From positions 352,001-416,000 of the forward strand of contig CAWBZI010000005.1 of NCBI GenBank assembly GCA_963793265.1: a stretch of DNA of 64,000 nucleotides. Reading direction: 5' to 3'. The number at the start of each line of letters is the position of its first letter. Positions within the stretch are counted from its first letter, which is position 1. Made by a program: the position numbers and the translations under genes. Shown in pieces: positions 57,710 through 64,000 of the stretch. Below the pieces are notes generated by a model, which saw nothing but the letters and a program-made list of their open reading frames with translations, was not told where the DNA came from and searched no databases. The DNA is from an uncultured cyanobacterium. Its GTDB lineage: Bacteria; Cyanobacteriota; Cyanobacteriia; Phormidesmidales; Phormidesmidaceae.

Positions 57710-57945
57710 AAAAAAACTTGCTGTTAAAAGCCGTGATTTAAGGATTGTTTAATTTTACTTCTGTAGAAAAAAAGGGGGGGACAGTTCTGTAACCTTACTA
57801 AGCTTACCTTTTTGACTCGCAGAGATAGATCTACCCAGATAGATATACTCAGAAATTTTGCTCTAAGATTTTGCCCCTATACGCTTGCGGAGCTACAGGG
57901 CAACTCAGTAATGTAAATTTGTCAGTAAGAATACGGAAAATCGTC

Positions 57946-58344
57946 ATGGAGAAGCAACAAACCAGGAAGCTATCGGCCCTGATAGCCTCAGTGGGATTAG
58001 GAGGCTGCGGCCTAGTTGGAAGCCTATTGGCCTCTGGTGTGAGTGCTCAGACCAGGGTTGTAAATCCAGCTCGTGACCCTGAGCAGGTGCCTACAGCTCG
58101 CTACGGACGAGGTGAATCGGTGGATTTGTCTTTGATCGTTGAAGAATGGCGCGATCGCTACCCAGCCACACCTATTTTCGTTTGCACCTGCAATGCCTTT
58201 GCCTGCGGTGATACAACCGCCTGGCCCTTTAGAGTCTTTACCCGCTATCAGCCCTTTGTAGCACTTGGCGATAACAACGCGGCGAGCAATGAGGATAACG
58301 GCTTCAACTGTTTTGATATGGAGACGGGCGATCGCCCCCGATAA
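57946..58344 (+). CDS. Secreted small protein with a four-Cys domain
   Basis: Signal peptide (VSAQ); domain shared with the next gene. Start set at ATG 57946. Confidence 0.75.
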   Translation: MEKQQTRKLSALIASVGLGGCGLVGSLLASGVSAQTRVVNPARDPEQVPTARYGRGESVDLSLIVEEWRDRYPATPIFVCTCNAFACGDTTAWPFRVFTRYQPFVALGDNNAASNEDNGFNCFDMETGDRPR

Positions 58345-58410
58345 GACTAGCCAGATCAAAATTCAGTTAAATAGTTTTAAATAATTTGAACATCGTTTGG
58401 GTTACAAAAC

Positions 58411-59625
58411 ATGCGGCATCTTTTCTCACGCGCACAATCTTCCCTGCTACCGAACTCAATACGGGCTTCTAAAAAGAAGGGTTACAGGCTAGCGATCGCC
58501 CTTGCAGCAAGTCTCTCTCTTACCCTAGCTCCTAGCTTGCTAACCGCCAGCTCAATACAGGCCCAATCTATTGAAGAGGAGCCTGTCGCTGAGCCTGAGC
58601 CCGAACCGGCTCCGGCAGCGCCAACCGTTCGGTTTGCCAGAGGCGAAGATGTTGACTTGGCTGAGATTGTTGCAGAGTGGCGCGGCTATTACGAAGACGT
58701 GCCGGTGTATCAGTGTGTATGTCAAGAAGCCGTTTGCGACCAAACCGCGCAGTGGCCCTACCGGGAGTTTGACCGCTTTCAGCTCAGCTTAGCGCTGGGG
58801 CCAACCAATGGCCTGATTGCCGAAAGCTCAGGCTTAAACTGTTTTGATATTGCTGATGGCTCGCGGCCTGGCGATCCTAGAGCCTTTTCGGCAGCAGAGC
58901 GATCACCTGATGAAGCGGCTAGTGAAACCGCCGATCAAACCGCCGATGAAACCGCAGATCAAACAGGCGAAGTCGCCATAGCGCCACCGCGACCTGAAGC
59001 CGCTCCCGCACCGCCAACGCCCGCAACATCTGTCCCTCCCACTTCAGAACTTGCCCGACCAGCCTCTGGTGTTCAGGTGGCGGCCAGTAGTATTCCGCAG
59101 GCGATCGCTATCAACGATGGTGCAGCTATTCAGCTCACCTGGCCCAGTGGCACAATCAACACAATTGACGTATCGGGTCGCAACTGGAACATCAACGTGC
59201 TTGACGCGGTGGAATGTGAGAGTTTGAGTCAGGTTGATCAAAAGACGCTATCGGCTCAAAAGGTGGTGGGTACGCCTGTGGTCGATGGCGTGACTGGGAA
59301 TGTGGCGGTGCCAGTGCTGCTCGATTCTTGTGTGGATACCGATCAGTCGGCGGTGTTTGTTTTGGATGCGAATGAGGGCGGCGGCTACGCGCTGTATCGG
59401 GCTCAGCTACCGGGCGATCGCACCTTGCCCGATGAGTTCTCAACCTACGCTTTTAGCAGCCTTGATGGTTTGAGCTATTGGGACGGCGCGCTACTGGTTC
59501 GTCAAAACGATGCTTCTGGGGCCGAATCGCTAGTTATTTTTCGACCGAGTACCAACCCGGCGGGCGAGTATGCAGGCTGTGGCATTGTGAACCCTGGAGA
59601 AGGGGCTGGTGTGCTGTGCCCTTAA
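58411..59625 (+). CDS. Secreted protein: four-Cys domain, Pro/Ala linker, C-terminal beta-rich domain
   Basis: Signal peptide (IQAQ); N-domain paralogous to 57946-58344. Confidence 0.8.
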   Translation: MRHLFSRAQSSLLPNSIRASKKKGYRLAIALAASLSLTLAPSLLTASSIQAQSIEEEPVAEPEPEPAPAAPTVRFARGEDVDLAEIVAEWRGYYEDVPVYQCVCQEAVCDQTAQWPYREFDRFQLSLALGPTNGLIAESSGLNCFDIADGSRPGDPRAFSAAERSPDEAASETADQTADETADQTGEVAIAPPRPEAAPAPPTPATSVPPTSELARPASGVQVAASSIPQAIAINDGAAIQLTWPSGTINTIDVSGRNWNINVLDAVECESLSQVDQKTLSAQKVVGTPVVDGVTGNVAVPVLLDSCVDTDQSAVFVLDANEGGGYALYRAQLPGDRTLPDEFSTYAFSSLDGLSYWDGALLVRQNDASGAESLVIFRPSTNPAGEYAGCGIVNPGEGAGVLCP

Positions 59626-60053
59626 CAGAAGTAACCCTCGCTATCTTGTACCGCGAGGGCAGATTTTTGATGCAGCTACGAGATGATTTCCCACACATTA
59701 TCTTTCCAGGAATATGGGGCTTTTTTGGCGGTCATATTGAGCCGGGAGAGAATGCAGATGTGGGGGTGCATCGAGAGCTGATGGAGGAGCTGGGGTATGC
59801 GCCGCCAAAGCTAGAGCTATTCTATGAAATGGCAGATAGTAAGGTGCGGCGCTATTTTTATCACGGTGAGCTGACGGTGCCGGTGAGTGAGTTGCAGCTT
59901 AATGAAGGGCAGGATTTGGCGCTTTGTTCTGTTGCAGAAATTGAGAAAGGAGAGAAGTATTCAAAGAAACTGGGAGAGGTGCGATCGCTTGGCAAACCGC
60001 ATCAAAAGGCGCTCTTGAGCTTTATTGAAAGCGGGCTGATGACAGTGGATTAA
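59616..60053 (+). CDS. NUDIX hydrolase
   Basis: Nudix box GGHIEPGENADVGVHRELMEELG, MQLRDD. Start set at GTG 59616. Confidence 0.92.
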   Translation: MPLTEVTLAILYREGRFLMQLRDDFPHIIFPGIWGFFGGHIEPGENADVGVHRELMEELGYAPPKLELFYEMADSKVRRYFYHGELTVPVSELQLNEGQDLALCSVAEIEKGEKYSKKLGEVRSLGKPHQKALLSFIESGLMTVD

Positions 60054-60102
60054 TGTGGCCCCCGTCCCATACTGGGGCTCTGAGACAAGATGTGCTGAAT
60101 AT

Positions 60103-61212
60103 TTACTGCGCAGACAAATCGGTGTTTTTTGAATTTGTTGTGTTTCCTAATTTCTTCAATAGCCGATACCAGCTATGCAACGGGCTCACCAAGCTCGCTA
60201 AATACAGCGTCATTTCACTCGCTGTCACAGTGTCCGTGATAACCTGCTGACGATATTTCAGCACGTGACGAACAATCTTTTTCACATCATTAAGCGCATA
60301 GAGCAGCACCATTAAAGGACGCTGCCAACGTGCGAAACTGAGCATCCGTGTATGATAGCGGCTAAGGCCAATACCCCGGCAGAGCTTTACTAAATACTCT
60401 CGTGTTAGCCGATGCCCTGGAATATCGTGGTGCATCCACATATGCGCGTTGTACCAAACCGGCCAGCCTGCCTGCTGAATGCGCAGCACCACTTCTAAGT
60501 CTTCACCCGCTTCTCTGGCCCCAAATTTATCGGCCAGCGTGCGTTCTTCAGGCACGTTGTCTAGCCAAGCTTGCCTTCTAACCACCAGGCCCGCGCCGGG
60601 TGGCAAGATTTTAGCTTCGGGTTTGTATGGAATGGGCTTTGGGCCGCGATCGGTGAGCGCCAAGAAGGCGGCAATTCTCTCGAAGTTGGCGGGCGGGGTG
60701 GTTGAGAACTTTCCTCTGATACGACTGCCAAAAACGCCGACTTCAGGGTACTGCTGGCCGAATCGATAGGCCGATCGCACCCAGTTGATCCAGGGCAGAT
60801 TATCGTCGTCTAAGTAGCCAATCAACGGGCTATTAGCAACTTTGGTGCCGTGCTGACGGGCATAGCCTGCGCCCTGTTGCGGCTCGAATTCGTAGCGCAA
60901 AGGAATGGTTTTGGGCCAGTTAGCCTGGTAGCGGCGGACGACTTCTTTGGTGCGATCGCTGCTGTTATTATCGACAACAATCACCTCCCACTCGATGCTG
61001 TCAGTATCAATTTGGCAGCGTAACCGGTCAAGCACCGCGCCAATGCGATCTGCGCCGTTGTAGGTAGCGATTACGACTGTGAAGTCTGAGGCAATGCGAT
61101 CGGGGAAGAGCTGGCGGAAGACGGGCCTGAGCCCCTGAAGTCGCTGAAGCGCTGAGCCTGATAAGGCGGGAGAGGCGGGCTGCGGCTGACGAGGTAAAAG
61201 AGTAGCAGTCAT
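60103..61212 (-). CDS. hpsE: GT2 glycosyltransferase, hormogonium polysaccharide HpsE type
   Basis: DFTVVIATYNG, VVDNNS, LDDDNLP, LPPGAGL and GEDLE motifs. Confidence 0.8.
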   Translation of the reverse strand: MTATLLPRQPQPASPALSGSALQRLQGLRPVFRQLFPDRIASDFTVVIATYNGADRIGAVLDRLRCQIDTDSIEWEVIVVDNNSSDRTKEVVRRYQANWPKTIPLRYEFEPQQGAGYARQHGTKVANSPLIGYLDDDNLPWINWVRSAYRFGQQYPEVGVFGSRIRGKFSTTPPANFERIAAFLALTDRGPKPIPYKPEAKILPPGAGLVVRRQAWLDNVPEERTLADKFGAREAGEDLEVVLRIQQAGWPVWYNAHMWMHHDIPGHRLTREYLVKLCRGIGLSRYHTRMLSFARWQRPLMVLLYALNDVKKIVRHVLKYRQQVITDTVTASEMTLYLASLVSPLHSWYRLLKKLGNTTNSKNTDLSAQ

Positions 61213-61283
61213 GGGCTAGGGCAATTCTTTTCCCTTTAGGGTGCCCAAATAGCGCTGTGAAATCTAAAAAAGTTGATTGGTCT

Positions 61284-64000
<2,717 letters not shown>

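Noticed and set aside
58921..58965. 12-bp repeats encoding ETADQTADETADQT
   Set aside because: Ordinary low-complexity linker expansion.

Overview
Chromosomal window from a cyanobacterium: the HIP1 octamer GCGATCGC is very frequent and phycobiliprotein and chlorophyll genes are present. A Leptolyngbyaceae/Phormidesmis-like filamentous lineage is my inference. The window spans the replication origin (dnaA-oriC-dnaN, with 10 perfect TTTTCCACA boxes plus DnaA-trios). Left arm: a CHAT/filamentous-haemagglutinin secreted-protein cluster, ilvA, envelope genes, an uncharacterised four-gene operon, furC, a MITE and an unannotated 24-aa membrane peptide gene. Right of the origin: an HtrA protease, then the most interesting locus, an apparent operon of a divergent Lgt-like diacylglyceryl transferase, a Tes/GDGT-MAS (archaeal tetraether synthase)-like radical SAM enzyme and two paralogous small membrane proteins ending in an NG[ST]C motif (34237-37269). 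This is followed by a structured-RNA leader, a decayed Bell/NLR (NB-ARC-TPR) pair, an MNT-HEPN toxin-antitoxin pair, the low-light apcD4-apcB3-isiX operon, housekeeping genes (def, mug, argS, acsF), a PsrR1-like sRNA candidate, hpsE and a truncated hybrid histidine kinase. Base composition also appears to flip (G/T-rich to C/A-rich) at many HIP1 sites regardless of coding strand. No rRNA, tRNA, CRISPR array or transposase gene was seen. Family assignments come from motif recognition by eye, not database searches.
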